Of a stretch of DNA of 64,000 nucleotides, positions 1-9,998 are shown piece after piece. The number at the start of each line of letters is the position of its first letter. Position 1 is the first letter of the stretch. Source of the DNA: a virus. The translations under genes and the position numbers were made by a program. Under the pieces are notes generated by a model. The model ran no database searches. It saw only the letters and a list, made by a program, of their open reading frames with translations, and was not told the origin of the DNA. The stretch is taken from IMG/VR virus record IMGVR_UViG_3300024054_000269, positions 1 through 64,000 of that record; one strand, 5' to 3'.

Positions 1-300
1 GTCACGGGTCCGCAGGGAGCCACTGGTCCGCAGGGAGTAACGGGTCCGCAGGGAGTAACGGGTCCGCAGGGAGTAACGGGTCCGCAGGGAGCTACTGGTC
101 CGCAGGGAGTCACGGGTCCAACGGGTCCAACGGGTCCAACTGGTGCGGTTGGTCGAACGGGAGCAACGGGTCCGCAGGGAGTAACGGGTCCGCAGGGAGC
201 AACTGGTCCGCAGGGAGCTACGGGAGCAACTGGTGCGGTTGGTCGAACGGGAGCAACGGGTCCGCAGGGATCGCCAGGCGTAACCGGTGCAACGGGTCCT
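1..300 (+). repeat. 9/18-nt coding tandem repeats (GGTCCGCAGGGAGTAACG and variants) encoding collagen triplets
   Basis: Repeats are visible directly and in phase with the Gly-X-Y frame. Confidence 0.9.
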
Positions 301-621
301 GGTGTTGGTGCTTGTGAGCATGCAACAATAAGACAACTAATACATTTTGTTGATGATGGTCCGGCAAAAGGATTCCCATCTGGTTCAACTAAAGTTGTAT
401 ATGGCAGGCCTTTTCCAACTTCTGTTATTTGGTATGAAAATTTTGCAATGACTAAGAAAATCCTTGAAAAAATATATTATGCTCCGCTTGTTACTCCAAC
501 GGCTGTAAGATGGAATCTTTATGCAACTGGTGGCACTTCGATTGTTGAAACTATAACTGATTTTATAGTTTATACCGGGGTGTTTGAAGCTTATAGAATT
601 AGATCGATAGATCCTTGTTGA
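1..621 (+). CDS. Collagen-like (Gly-X-Y, Thr-rich) fibre protein, 5'-truncated by window edge
   Basis: Frame 1 reads [15 protein letters not shown]... for ~100 codons, then a non-repetitive C-terminal domain ending RSIDPC-TGA at 619-621; absent from ORF track because it has no start in the window. Confidence 0.85.
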   Translation, partial: VTGPQGATGPQGVTGPQGVTGPQGVTGPQGATGPQGVTGPTGPTGPTGAVGRTGATGPQGVTGPQGATGPQGATGATGAVGRTGATGPQGSPGVTGATGPGVGACEHATIRQLIHFVDDGPAKGFPSGSTKVVYGRPFPTSVIWYENFAMTKKILEKIYYAPLVTPTAVRWNLYATGGTSIVETITDFIVYTGVFEAYRIRSIDPC

Positions 622-3051
622 GTGGTAGCGTCGTTTATGTCTTTCGTTGCTCCAATTTCTGCGTGTTTAATAGTTAAAAATGAATCAGGTCAATTAAAAT
701 TTTGTCTTCAGTCTATTAGACCATATGTTGAAGAAATTGTTGTTGTTGATACTGGTTCTGTTGATAGTTCACAAGATATAGCTAAAGAATTTGCTGATAA
801 ATTTGAAATTTTTACTGATTGTAATGATGATCAAGGTCGAATAGTTTCTTTTGCTCTTGCTAGACAAAGAAGTTTTGATTTAGCTACTAAACCATGGTGT
901 TTTTGGGTTGATGGTGATGATGAAGTTGTTGGTGCAAATAAGCTAATCGACGTTGTTAACAAAGCTGAAAAAGAAAAAGACGGAAGACCAACAATGATAA
1001 TGCTTCCGTATGAATATTCACACGATGAAAATGGTAATGTTACTTGTTTGCATTATAGAGAAAGGATAATTAACCCAAAATCTGAATTTGAATGGAAGGG
1101 TCCTGTACATGAAGTTTGTTCTCCAAAATCATCTGCACAAGCATTGCAATCTGATGCTGTTAAAATTGTTCACAAAAGACAAAAGTCTGGGAAAGTCATA
1201 GAACCGAACAGAAACTTAAGAATTCTTAAATCTCATTATGAAAAAGTTGGCGAATCTGATGTTCGTCAATTGTATTACCTTGGTCTTGAATATGGCAATG
1301 CTGGCGATATTGGAAATTCTATTAAATTCCACAAAAGATATGTTGAGTTATCTGGTTGGGATGATGAGAAATTTTTAGCATGTATGAAAATATCAGAACA
1401 TTATCAAGGATTTGGCGATTACGAAAATGCCATTCAATGGGCATTAAAGGCTTTAACAGTTAGAGAAGGTTGGTCTGAGGCTTATTTTTCATTGGGTAAA
1501 AGTTATTATTTTATGGCTCAACGTGGTGGGCCAGAAGAAAAAAGAAATTGGGAAAAATGTGTACATTTTATTCGTCTTGGGTTGCAAATGCCACCGACTC
1601 GAACGGTTTTGTTTATAAATCCAATGGAACGTCAATTTGAAATGCACAGATTTTTGAATCTTGCACTTAACAAGATTGGTGATGTTCGAGGTGCATTGGA
1701 AAGTTGTGATACCGCTTTAAAAATTAAACCTGATTCATCCATTGAATTAAATAGAAATCTTTATGTTAGTTTTTTAGCCAAAAGTGACATAACAAACAAA
1801 ATCAATGACCTTGTTAATGCTGGTGGACTTAGTCAAGAAGTTAAAAATACTGTTCTTGACTTAATAAATTCGAATGATATTTCAAAAATAAACAACACAA
1901 AAATTGAACCAATTGCTGTTCCTTCAAATAAACTTGATATTGTTTTTTATGTTGGTCCAGGTGTTGAGCCATGGAATCCCGACATTATTAAGAAAAATGG
2001 TATCGGTGGATCAGAGACAGCTGTTTATGAGATGTCTCGCCGTTTAGTCAAATTTGGTCATTCAGTCCGTGTGTTTGGTCATTGTGAGAATATTGAAGGC
2101 AATTTTGATGGTGTTAATTATTTAAATTTTACTAAATATAGGAATATAAGCTGTGATGTTTTAATAACTTCACGAAGGCCACGTGCCATTGATGATGAAT
2201 TCAACGTAAGTTCTAAGGTTTCATTTTGTTGGGTACATGACATACATTGTGGCAACGATTTAAATCATTCGAGATCTTTAAGAATTGACAAGTTTTTAGT
2301 TCTTAGTAATTGGCATAGAGAATTTTTTTTAAACCACTATAAATTTATTCATCCAAGTCAAGTGATTACTACTAGAAATGGCATTGATTTGAGCAGATTT
2401 GATCATAAAATTCAAAGAAACCCGCATAGAGCTGTATATAGTTCTAGTCCTGATCGTGGTATGGAAGTAGTTACAAAAGTTTGGCCAAAAATTAGAGAAG
2501 TTATACCTGATGCTGAACTTCATTTGTTTTACGGATTTGAAACTTGGGAGTCATGCGCACGTTCTGCTGGTGACAACGGTCAATTAGACCTTATTCAACG
2601 TTTGAAACAAATGATAAAAGATTATGAAAAATATGGTGTGTATTATCATGGTAGAGTCGATCAAAATCAATTGGCTAAAGAATTTTTAGCAAGTGGTGTT
2701 TGGGCATACAGCACCTGGTTTTCTGAGACAAGTTGTCTAACTGCTATGGAAGCTCAGTGTGCTGGGCTTAGAATTGTTACTTCACCAATTGCTGCCTTGA
2801 ACGAAACAGTTGGTTCAAGGGGTAAAATGATACCAGGTGATTGGTTATCTGAAGAATATCAAAGGCAATTTACTGAGTCTGTTATTGAAGTCATGCTAAA
2901 ACCTGATAACGGTGACCGTTCTGAATTACAAGATTATGCAAAGAAACATTTCTGTATTGATAAATTGGCGTCTCAGTGGGATGAAATGTTTAGAAATGTA
3001 ATTGAGGAAATTTCAATAAACATTGTGCCGCCATACAAAGAGGCATGCTAA
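622..3051 (+). CDS. Multidomain glycosyltransferase: GT2 (GT-A) + TPR-like region + GT-B (GT4-like)
   Basis: ACLIVKNE / VVVDTGSVD / VDGDD / WKGPVHE GT2 motifs; helical TPR-like middle (YYLGLEY, EAYFSLG); C-terminal GIGGSE, YSSSPDRG, ETSCLTAMEA. Confidence 0.85.
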   Translation: MVASFMSFVAPISACLIVKNESGQLKFCLQSIRPYVEEIVVVDTGSVDSSQDIAKEFADKFEIFTDCNDDQGRIVSFALARQRSFDLATKPWCFWVDGDDEVVGANKLIDVVNKAEKEKDGRPTMIMLPYEYSHDENGNVTCLHYRERIINPKSEFEWKGPVHEVCSPKSSAQALQSDAVKIVHKRQKSGKVIEPNRNLRILKSHYEKVGESDVRQLYYLGLEYGNAGDIGNSIKFHKRYVELSGWDDEKFLACMKISEHYQGFGDYENAIQWALKALTVREGWSEAYFSLGKSYYFMAQRGGPEEKRNWEKCVHFIRLGLQMPPTRTVLFINPMERQFEMHRFLNLALNKIGDVRGALESCDTALKIKPDSSIELNRNLYVSFLAKSDITNKINDLVNAGGLSQEVKNTVLDLINSNDISKINNTKIEPIAVPSNKLDIVFYVGPGVEPWNPDIIKKNGIGGSETAVYEMSRRLVKFGHSVRVFGHCENIEGNFDGVNYLNFTKYRNISCDVLITSRRPRAIDDEFNVSSKVSFCWVHDIHCGNDLNHSRSLRIDKFLVLSNWHREFFLNHYKFIHPSQVITTRNGIDLSRFDHKIQRNPHRAVYSSSPDRGMEVVTKVWPKIREVIPDAELHLFYGFETWESCARSAGDNGQLDLIQRLKQMIKDYEKYGVYYHGRVDQNQLAKEFLASGVWAYSTWFSETSCLTAMEAQCAGLRIVTSPIAALNETVGSRGKMIPGDWLSEEYQRQFTESVIEVMLKPDNGDRSELQDYAKKHFCIDKLASQWDEMFRNVIEEISINIVPPYKEAC

Positions 3052-4022
3052 ACATGCGCATTTTAGTAACCGGTGGGGCTGGTTTTATAGGTTCTCATTT
3101 GTGCGAGGTTCTTGTTTCTCAAAATCATGATGTGATATGTATAGATAATTTTTTTACTTCACATCGTGAGAATATAAGCCATCTTTTTAAATTCAAGAAT
3201 TTTGAGTTTTTTAGGTATGATGTATGTGATCAATTTCACATAGAATGTAATCAAATTTATCACCTTGCTTGTCCAGCAAGTCCGGTACATTATCAAAAAA
3301 ACCCGGTACGTACTATAAAAACTTCTGTTCTTGGTACATTGAACGCCCTCGAATGTGCGCGTGATGTATCAGCCAGGTTAGTAATTGCTTCAACTTCTGA
3401 AATTTACGGTGATCCAACGGTTCACCCTCAAGTTGAGTCTTATCTTGGCAACGTTAACCCGATCGGTACTAGGTCATGTTATGATGAAGGAAAACGTGTT
3501 GGTGAAAGTCTTGCTTTTTCTTGGTCACAACAATATAAAACTGATGTAAGAATAGCAAGACTTTTTAACACGTTTGGTGAACGAATGGCCATGAAAGATG
3601 GTCGTTTGATACCAAATTTCATAACTCAAGCCATAGAAGGTAAAGATTTAACAGTTTATGGCGATGGAAAACAAACCAGGAGTTTTTGTTATGTTTCTGA
3701 TACTGTATCAGGATTAATTAAATTGATGAATGCTGATAGGATTTCAATCATAAGAAATTCTGAAGAAATTCCTGTGTTTAATATAGGTAATCCAGACGAA
3801 AGAACAATTTTAAACGTTGCGAATGATGTTGTCAGATCATTTGATAACAAAATTGGTGTGTGTTTTGAACCGTTGCCGTTAGATGACCCAAAACAACGGT
3901 GTCCTGATATAACCAAAGCAAAAGAATTATTGAATTGGTATCCAAAAATCAGTTACGAAGAAGGTATGAAGCGTACCGTTAATTGGTTCGTTGATTATAT
4001 TAAAAACCATAACAGTGTTTGA
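3045..4022 (+). CDS. uxs: UDP-glucuronate decarboxylase (UDP-xylose synthase)-like NAD-dependent epimerase/dehydratase
   Basis: GGAGFIG, HLACPASPVHYQKNPVRT, STSEIYGDP, RSCYDEGKR, DDPKQRCPDI; probable start ATG 3054. Confidence 0.88.
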   Translation: MLNMRILVTGGAGFIGSHLCEVLVSQNHDVICIDNFFTSHRENISHLFKFKNFEFFRYDVCDQFHIECNQIYHLACPASPVHYQKNPVRTIKTSVLGTLNALECARDVSARLVIASTSEIYGDPTVHPQVESYLGNVNPIGTRSCYDEGKRVGESLAFSWSQQYKTDVRIARLFNTFGERMAMKDGRLIPNFITQAIEGKDLTVYGDGKQTRSFCYVSDTVSGLIKLMNADRISIIRNSEEIPVFNIGNPDERTILNVANDVVRSFDNKIGVCFEPLPLDDPKQRCPDITKAKELLNWYPKISYEEGMKRTVNWFVDYIKNHNSV

Positions 4023-5173
4023 TGTCAAAGAAACTTAGATTAGGGTTTTTTTATCATCCTTCCTGCGTTAGGTTGCCATTTAACCCTAATGAACTTTGGT
4101 CGTCAAATCGTGGATTAACTGGATCAGAGCTTGCTTTCTTTATGTATGCAATAGAACTCGCGAAATTTGGTCATGGTGTGACTGTTTTTTCAAAATTTAC
4201 ACATCCGTCTAATATAGACAATGTTGTATGCTGTCCATATCAAGAATGGGAGAATGTATACAAAGATCAGAGTTGGAACGCTTTATGTTCTTGGATGGTT
4301 CCGACACCATTAAAATTTGCAAAAGATGGTGTTTTTAGATTTTATAATCAACAAGTTTCAGACTTTAACATGTGTGAGCCTGGTTGGGAACAATATATTG
4401 ACATTGTTGCACCTTTGTCTTTCTCACATGCAGAACACATGATTGGTAAATGTTCCGTTCCTAAAGAAAAATGGAGAATATTGTACAACGGTGTTGATAC
4501 TTCATTGTTCAAACCTTCTAATAAAATACGCGGTAAGATGATATGGGCTTCATCTCATGATAGAGGTTTGCATTGGCTTTTAGAGGCTTTCCCAAAAATT
4601 AAAAAAGAATCACCGCATGCGAATCTTCACATATTTTACGATTTTAACGGTGTTAATGTATTTTCGAAATGGGAAAATCTAGATAAGAATACGCAAAGTG
4701 GTAGGTATGGCAATGAACTTGGACAAAGATCAAGATATGTTTTAGAAGCTATTAGAAGACTGAAAAATTATGATGTGTTCGTTCATGAATCTGTAAGTCG
4801 TAAACGAATCATTGAGGAAATGTCAACTTCGGAGGTATTAGCTTACCCACTTGACCCAATACATTATACTGAAACGTTTGGCGTGACTGTTCTTGAAGCT
4901 TGTGCATCAGGGGTTGTTCCAGTTTTGTGCACATCCGATGCTTTTGGTGAATTGTGGGGGAATGTTTCTGAAACTGTTCTGCCACCTTATACAGAACACA
5001 AAGAAGAATTTATTGATAAAACTGTCAAACTATTGAATGACGACGAATACAGGGCTAACATGTCAATTAAATGTGTTCGTGAATCACAGAAATTTGACTG
5101 GTCAGTCTTATCAAAAAATTTGAATGAGTGCATAGAGTCCAATGGTGTTTCTGGGTTACCGATTATTTGCTAG
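4019..5173 (+). CDS. GT-B (GT4-like) glycosyltransferase
   Basis: GLTGSE, ILYNGVD, WASSHDRGL, ETFGVTVLEACASG. Confidence 0.8.
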   Translation: MMSKKLRLGFFYHPSCVRLPFNPNELWSSNRGLTGSELAFFMYAIELAKFGHGVTVFSKFTHPSNIDNVVCCPYQEWENVYKDQSWNALCSWMVPTPLKFAKDGVFRFYNQQVSDFNMCEPGWEQYIDIVAPLSFSHAEHMIGKCSVPKEKWRILYNGVDTSLFKPSNKIRGKMIWASSHDRGLHWLLEAFPKIKKESPHANLHIFYDFNGVNVFSKWENLDKNTQSGRYGNELGQRSRYVLEAIRRLKNYDVFVHESVSRKRIIEEMSTSEVLAYPLDPIHYTETFGVTVLEACASGVVPVLCTSDAFGELWGNVSETVLPPYTEHKEEFIDKTVKLLNDDEYRANMSIKCVRESQKFDWSVLSKNLNECIESNGVSGLPIIC

Positions 5174-5184
5174 TATTGTTATAA

Positions 5185-6327
5185 GTGCGCATTGGGTTTG
5201 TATACGGTCGTTGGATTGCATCTGGTAAGAAATATAATTTTTCAGATCTATTCAATGATAAACGTGGCTTAACTGGGTCTGAACTTTCTTGTTTTAGTTT
5301 TGCTCGTGAGATGTCACGAAAAGGAAATAAGGTAAGTTTATTTCTTGATTCAGAAGCTAACTACCACGAATGGGAAAACATTAATATACGTCCGTTAGAT
5401 GATGTTACTAATGCAGAGCTTGATGTTGTTTATTCATGGAATGAAGCAGATGTTTTAAGGTTTGTTAGAAATAGTTCATTACGAATGGTTAATTTACAAA
5501 TCAATGATTTTGCTCATTGTATGTCTGGTTACGATGATTTTGTTGATATTTGGACTAGTCCATCTGAATCTCACAAAAACTATATTCTATCAACATTTAG
5601 GTATCATTTGTCAAATAAATGGAAAGTTCTTCCAAATGGGTGTGACTCAAGTCAATATGAATATAACATAAAAGTCCCTGGAAGAGTTATCTACGCTTCG
5701 TCACCAGATCGTGGTTTACATTGGCTTTTACAACAATGGCCAAAAATTAGAAAGTCAGTACCGAATGCAAATTTAAAGGTGTTTTATAGACTTAATCCAT
5801 GGATAGACCATTTTATCAATGTTTATAATTCTCCAAATAAGGGTTACCCAGAACTTGGTATGAGAGCTAGGTACATAAAGGAAGCTCTTAGGCGTTTATC
5901 TAGACATGGTGTTGAAGCTGTTGATTCAGTTAGTAGAAGACAAATTTCTAAAGAAATGTCAGAGGCTATGGTTTTGGCTTATCCATGTGATACAGTGTTT
6001 TATACAGAGGGTTTTTCTGTAACGACCTTAGAGGCCTGTGCAGCTGGTGTTGTTCCAGTCATAACTGATGTAGACGCACTCGGTCAAGTTTATTATGGAA
6101 ACGTACCGATGGTTAGATCACCAATTAAACATAATATTGATGAATTCACTGATTTTGTGATTAGAGGCCTTGTTGATGAGAAATTTGTAAAAGAAACAAC
6201 AGAAAAACTGAAAGAATTTTCAAAACAATACGAATGGACAATATTAGCCAATAAATTGGAACAGATAATAAAGGAAGCGCTAAGTGAGAATAGTACTAGT
6301 AATACCACCAAGCCCGTTTCTGCTTGA
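5185..6327 (+). CDS. GT-B (GT4-like) glycosyltransferase, paralogue of 4019..5173
   Basis: GLTGSE, VLPNGCD, YASSPDRGL, EGFSVTTLEACAAG. Confidence 0.8.
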   Translation: MRIGFVYGRWIASGKKYNFSDLFNDKRGLTGSELSCFSFAREMSRKGNKVSLFLDSEANYHEWENINIRPLDDVTNAELDVVYSWNEADVLRFVRNSSLRMVNLQINDFAHCMSGYDDFVDIWTSPSESHKNYILSTFRYHLSNKWKVLPNGCDSSQYEYNIKVPGRVIYASSPDRGLHWLLQQWPKIRKSVPNANLKVFYRLNPWIDHFINVYNSPNKGYPELGMRARYIKEALRRLSRHGVEAVDSVSRRQISKEMSEAMVLAYPCDTVFYTEGFSVTTLEACAAGVVPVITDVDALGQVYYGNVPMVRSPIKHNIDEFTDFVIRGLVDEKFVKETTEKLKEFSKQYEWTILANKLEQIIKEALSENSTSNTTKPVSA

Positions 6328-8860
6328 TGATAGGGCTTTCCCATTTTTAGGGCCTTTGCAAATTTCAGCTTTGGCTCGTGAATTAGGTCACGACGTTAAT
6401 GTTGCTGATTTGACTGGATACAAGCAAAGAAACCCAAATGTTATTCATGCTAACTATGACGATGTTATGCATGAAGCTAAACAAAGACTTTCTGAACATG
6501 TAAAAGATGCTGATCTTGTTGGGTTTTATTCATTGGCGGCTCAACATCCGCAAGTTGTTAAACTTCATAATTTTGTTAAACAAAATTTTGGTTGTATTAC
6601 TGCGTTGGGCGGACCACATGCTAATACAACACCAGAGCGTTGTTTAGATGATGGATTTGATTATGTTGTTGTTGCAGATCAAGGTGGAGGAGGAGGGGAA
6701 CAAGGATTTTTAGAGTTGTTAAATAGAGTATCAAATAACAAAAAATATTTATCCAATGGGAGAATTATTAAAATACCAAGTCGTTCTAGTAATGAAATTT
6801 ATTTAAATGACAAGTGGCCGTTACCAGCACGTGATTTAATAGATTTAAATAGCTATTATTATTATATAAATGGAGAACGTGCAACTTCTATTGTATCAAC
6901 GACCGGCTGTCCATTTGCTTGCTCTTTCTCGGTAACAGGCGATACTCTAATATTTACCGATCGTGGGTTTGAAAGAATTGATTCCTTAATTGCAGGACAA
7001 CATGAAGTAAAAGCGTGTAATCATGGTGGCCATATTTTGAGGTATAAATCTGATAGAATTGTTTCTACCCATCTTGGCCAAAAAACTATAACATATGCAA
7101 TAAAGGAAGGAATTCGTCCAGTATTTCATATTAAGACAGATAATGGTCTTATTGTTAAGGCCACCAAAGAACACCTGTTTTTATCTGTTGATCATGGGCA
7201 ACTAATTTGGAAATCTGTTGGCAACTTGAAGATTGGTGACTGGCTTGTTTTGAAATCACCTGATCACAAATGGCCGCATGATTATGTTAAAATTCCTTCA
7301 CCCCATCCAATAACAAAATTTGCAAATGGTCCTCGTGTAGTCCCATCTTTTTTAACTGAGGATGTAGCATGGTTAACAGGTTTTATAATTGGTGACGGAT
7401 GTTTGCCAGCTGATGGTAGACCAGCAATTCATTTTAGTGTGACGCCAAAAACTCATTGGAAACTAATCAAAATTATTAAAAATTTGTTTGGCGTTCGTCT
7501 AAAAACATATAAAACGCATCATACTAAGAAATGTCGTCATGGTTGGGTTTATGGGCGAGCGATTTACGATTTTTTTGTTAAGTGTCTTGGTATATCACCA
7601 AGTTCAAAATTACGAATACCAGAATTGATCAGACAATCACCAAAATCGGTAGTAGAAAGTTTCATTGACGGGTTGTTAGATGCTGATGGATATAGTGGAA
7701 AAGGTAGAACGCCATATTTAACAACAGTTTCAAATGATTTGGCAGTCGAATTTTCTCAATTACTTTTAATGCTTGGGAAAACCCCGTATATACATCATTG
7801 TGGGCCATACGATTCTTTTTCTGCGCGGAGCCATTATCGAGTTGGATACTATGCTCATGACAGAATTCCAACAAAAAAAGCACTATATAAATCACCAAAA
7901 TCTGATGCTTGGTATTGGAGAACACCTAGAAAAAAAAGTGGGTTTTTAGGTGTTCGACGAACTACGTTAAATAAATCTGGTTTACTTCATCAATTGAATA
8001 TTGATGGGTATCATTATGTTAGAGTTTCTTCTATTACAACCGGAATTTCGGAGCCTGTGTATGATTTAGAAGTTTTAGGTGATCATAGCTTTCTTGCTAA
8101 TGGATTCATATCTCATAATTGTTCACATTGGGATGGTTACAGAAAATTAGAAATGAAATCTCCGAAAAGAATTAATGAAGAAATTAAATTAATAAAATCA
8201 AGTTATGGGTGGAATTCGATTATGTTTTATGATGATGAAATTAATTTAAGGTCCGATTTTAAAGACGAATTTCTTAATATGTTGAGAGATGCCAAAATAA
8301 CCTGGAGAGCTTTCTTTAAAAATGGGAAAAATTTGACGATTGAATCAATTTTTAAATTGATGGCTGAATCAGGCTGTGTTCAATTGTGTACTGGTGCAGA
8401 AAGTGCTGACCCAAAAATTCTTAGAGATACTAAAAAAGGTGCTACTTTAGAGGATAATACTAATTTTGTTAAATATTGTGTTAAATACGGAATAAACGCG
8501 AAGCTATTTACCCAGGTTGGTTTACCTGGCGAATCTCCAGAAACGATAGAGGCTTTGAGAATTTGGTTAATACAAATGGCGAATGAAGGACTTGCTGATG
8601 CTGATGTGTCAATTACGACGCCATATGAAGGAACACCTTTATTTAACAATCCAGAAAAATTCGACATACATTTTGATAAAGATAAATTAGATTACTCAAA
8701 TGACCAGATATTATATAAAGGAACGCCGGGCGAATACCAGTCTTGGGTGTGGCATGATAAACTATCAAAAGAAGATATAGTTTCAGCACGCCAAATGATT
8801 GAAGATGAATTTAGGAAGGCGGCTGGTCTTAAACCTCTGCTAGCCAAGGATGATGGATAA
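6284..8860 (+). CDS. Cobalamin-binding radical SAM protein interrupted by an intein
   Basis: N-terminal B12-binding-like region (PFLGPLQIS, ALGGPHA); CPFACSF|C motif split by intein; FYDDE, GAESAD, GLPGES. Confidence 0.85.
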   Translation: MRIVLVIPPSPFLLDDRAFPFLGPLQISALARELGHDVNVADLTGYKQRNPNVIHANYDDVMHEAKQRLSEHVKDADLVGFYSLAAQHPQVVKLHNFVKQNFGCITALGGPHANTTPERCLDDGFDYVVVADQGGGGGEQGFLELLNRVSNNKKYLSNGRIIKIPSRSSNEIYLNDKWPLPARDLIDLNSYYYYINGERATSIVSTTGCPFACSFSVTGDTLIFTDRGFERIDSLIAGQHEVKACNHGGHILRYKSDRIVSTHLGQKTITYAIKEGIRPVFHIKTDNGLIVKATKEHLFLSVDHGQLIWKSVGNLKIGDWLVLKSPDHKWPHDYVKIPSPHPITKFANGPRVVPSFLTEDVAWLTGFIIGDGCLPADGRPAIHFSVTPKTHWKLIKIIKNLFGVRLKTYKTHHTKKCRHGWVYGRAIYDFFVKCLGISPSSKLRIPELIRQSPKSVVESFIDGLLDADGYSGKGRTPYLTTVSNDLAVEFSQLLLMLGKTPYIHHCGPYDSFSARSHYRVGYYAHDRIPTKKALYKSPKSDAWYWRTPRKKSGFLGVRRTTLNKSGLLHQLNIDGYHYVRVSSITTGISEPVYDLEVLGDHSFLANGFISHNCSHWDGYRKLEMKSPKRINEEIKLIKSSYGWNSIMFYDDEINLRSDFKDEFLNMLRDAKITWRAFFKNGKNLTIESIFKLMAESGCVQLCTGAESADPKILRDTKKGATLEDNTNFVKYCVKYGINAKLFTQVGLPGESPETIEALRIWLIQMANEGLADADVSITTPYEGTPLFNNPEKFDIHFDKDKLDYSNDQILYKGTPGEYQSWVWHDKLSKEDIVSARQMIEDEFRKAAGLKPLLAKDDG
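6929..8119 (+). mobile_element. Intein (397 aa) with LAGLIDADG homing endonuclease
   Basis: Starts SVTGDTLIFTDRG, block B VKATKEHLF, LAGLIDADG-like WLTGFIIGDG and FIDGLLDADG, ends VYDLEV...FLANGFISHN followed by Cys+1 (8120-8122). Confidence 0.88.
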
Positions 8861-9489
8861 TGGCGTCCGAATCACCAGCCGCAGTTTTAGTTTACGAAGC
8901 TGGCGGAATAATAATTGGACAGAAGCCTATGGCTTCTTCAATACCTGTTACTATGGCAATAGATCAAGTTGCCATACCAGTTTTAATATCATCTATTAAT
9001 CCATTAAATCTTGTTACTGATTATTTAAAAGATGGGTCGACTACTAGCATGAAAGTTGATGGTTCAGCAACACCAAAAGTTTATGTGTATAATGCTGATA
9101 GTACTAAAGATATATACATATTCGAAATTAGGTTCGTGTTTTCCGCTCAATCTTTTGATTGGTCTGGTGCTGGTTTTGGTAAGGCTGCTTCTGCAACACT
9201 CACAAATGGTATACTTGTAGAATTAATCATAAACAGTGGTTCAACGGTTACACTTAATAATATTAAGATCAATGAAGATTTTTTGAGAACCTTCGGCGAT
9301 AACCCAGTTGTGGAACAAGCCGGTGCTAATGACATTTTGGTTGCTTCATACAGGTTTGGTGGTAATACTGCAGTTTTAAAAGCTGGAACAGCTGATAAAG
9401 TCAGAGTGACAATTCGTGACAATTTAACGCCGGGTTCACTTGGTGTTAATTATTTAACCGCGACTTTTTTCGGTAATAAGGTTATATAA
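8860..9489 (+). CDS. Hypothetical protein, possibly virion-associated
   Basis: 209-aa beta-rich ORF translationally coupled to neighbours. Confidence 0.6.
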   Translation: MASESPAAVLVYEAGGIIIGQKPMASSIPVTMAIDQVAIPVLISSINPLNLVTDYLKDGSTTSMKVDGSATPKVYVYNADSTKDIYIFEIRFVFSAQSFDWSGAGFGKAASATLTNGILVELIINSGSTVTLNNIKINEDFLRTFGDNPVVEQAGANDILVASYRFGGNTAVLKAGTADKVRVTIRDNLTPGSLGVNYLTATFFGNKVI

Positions 9490-9983
9490 TGCCAACAACA
9501 ATTAACACATGTGAAAAACCAACCTATTCAGCTGAGGCTGCTCTTACTGGCGCTAACAATAAAGATATGTTTTGTATCATGAATCCGAGTGGTTCTGGAA
9601 AAGTATTTAGAGTTTGTGAAGTTTGGGCAGTTGTGTCATCACTAAACGGTTCTAATTATTTCATTCCATTTGAAATTAGAAAAACTACCACTTTGACAGG
9701 TGGTACATCTGTTACGCCCATGAAATGGGATTCAAATGACGCAAGTTCTGCAGCTAACTTCAGACACACACCAACTGGTCTTACAGACGCAGGTATTTGG
9801 TCTACATTTGTAAAAGAAATAGACAAAGAAGTAAGTTCAATCTCAAATATTCGTGGTTTTAAACCAACTTCTTGGGTGAAACCTTTAATACTTTATCCTA
9901 ATGAAGGTTTATATCTTAAACAAATATCAAACAACTCTAGTACGTTCCGTGTGGGCGCTCTCTGGACAGAGGATGTATTGTGA
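9489..9983 (+). CDS. Hypothetical protein, possibly virion-associated
   Basis: 164-aa ORF, stop/start overlap with previous gene. Confidence 0.6.
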   Translation: MPTTINTCEKPTYSAEAALTGANNKDMFCIMNPSGSGKVFRVCEVWAVVSSLNGSNYFIPFEIRKTTTLTGGTSVTPMKWDSNDASSAANFRHTPTGLTDAGIWSTFVKEIDKEVSSISNIRGFKPTSWVKPLILYPNEGLYLKQISNNSSTFRVGALWTEDVL

Positions 9984-9998
9984 TTCAGATGATGAATT

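Noticed and set aside
1-300. Regular DNA repeats as a CRISPR or iteron array
   Set aside because: They are in-frame collagen codons with no unique spacers
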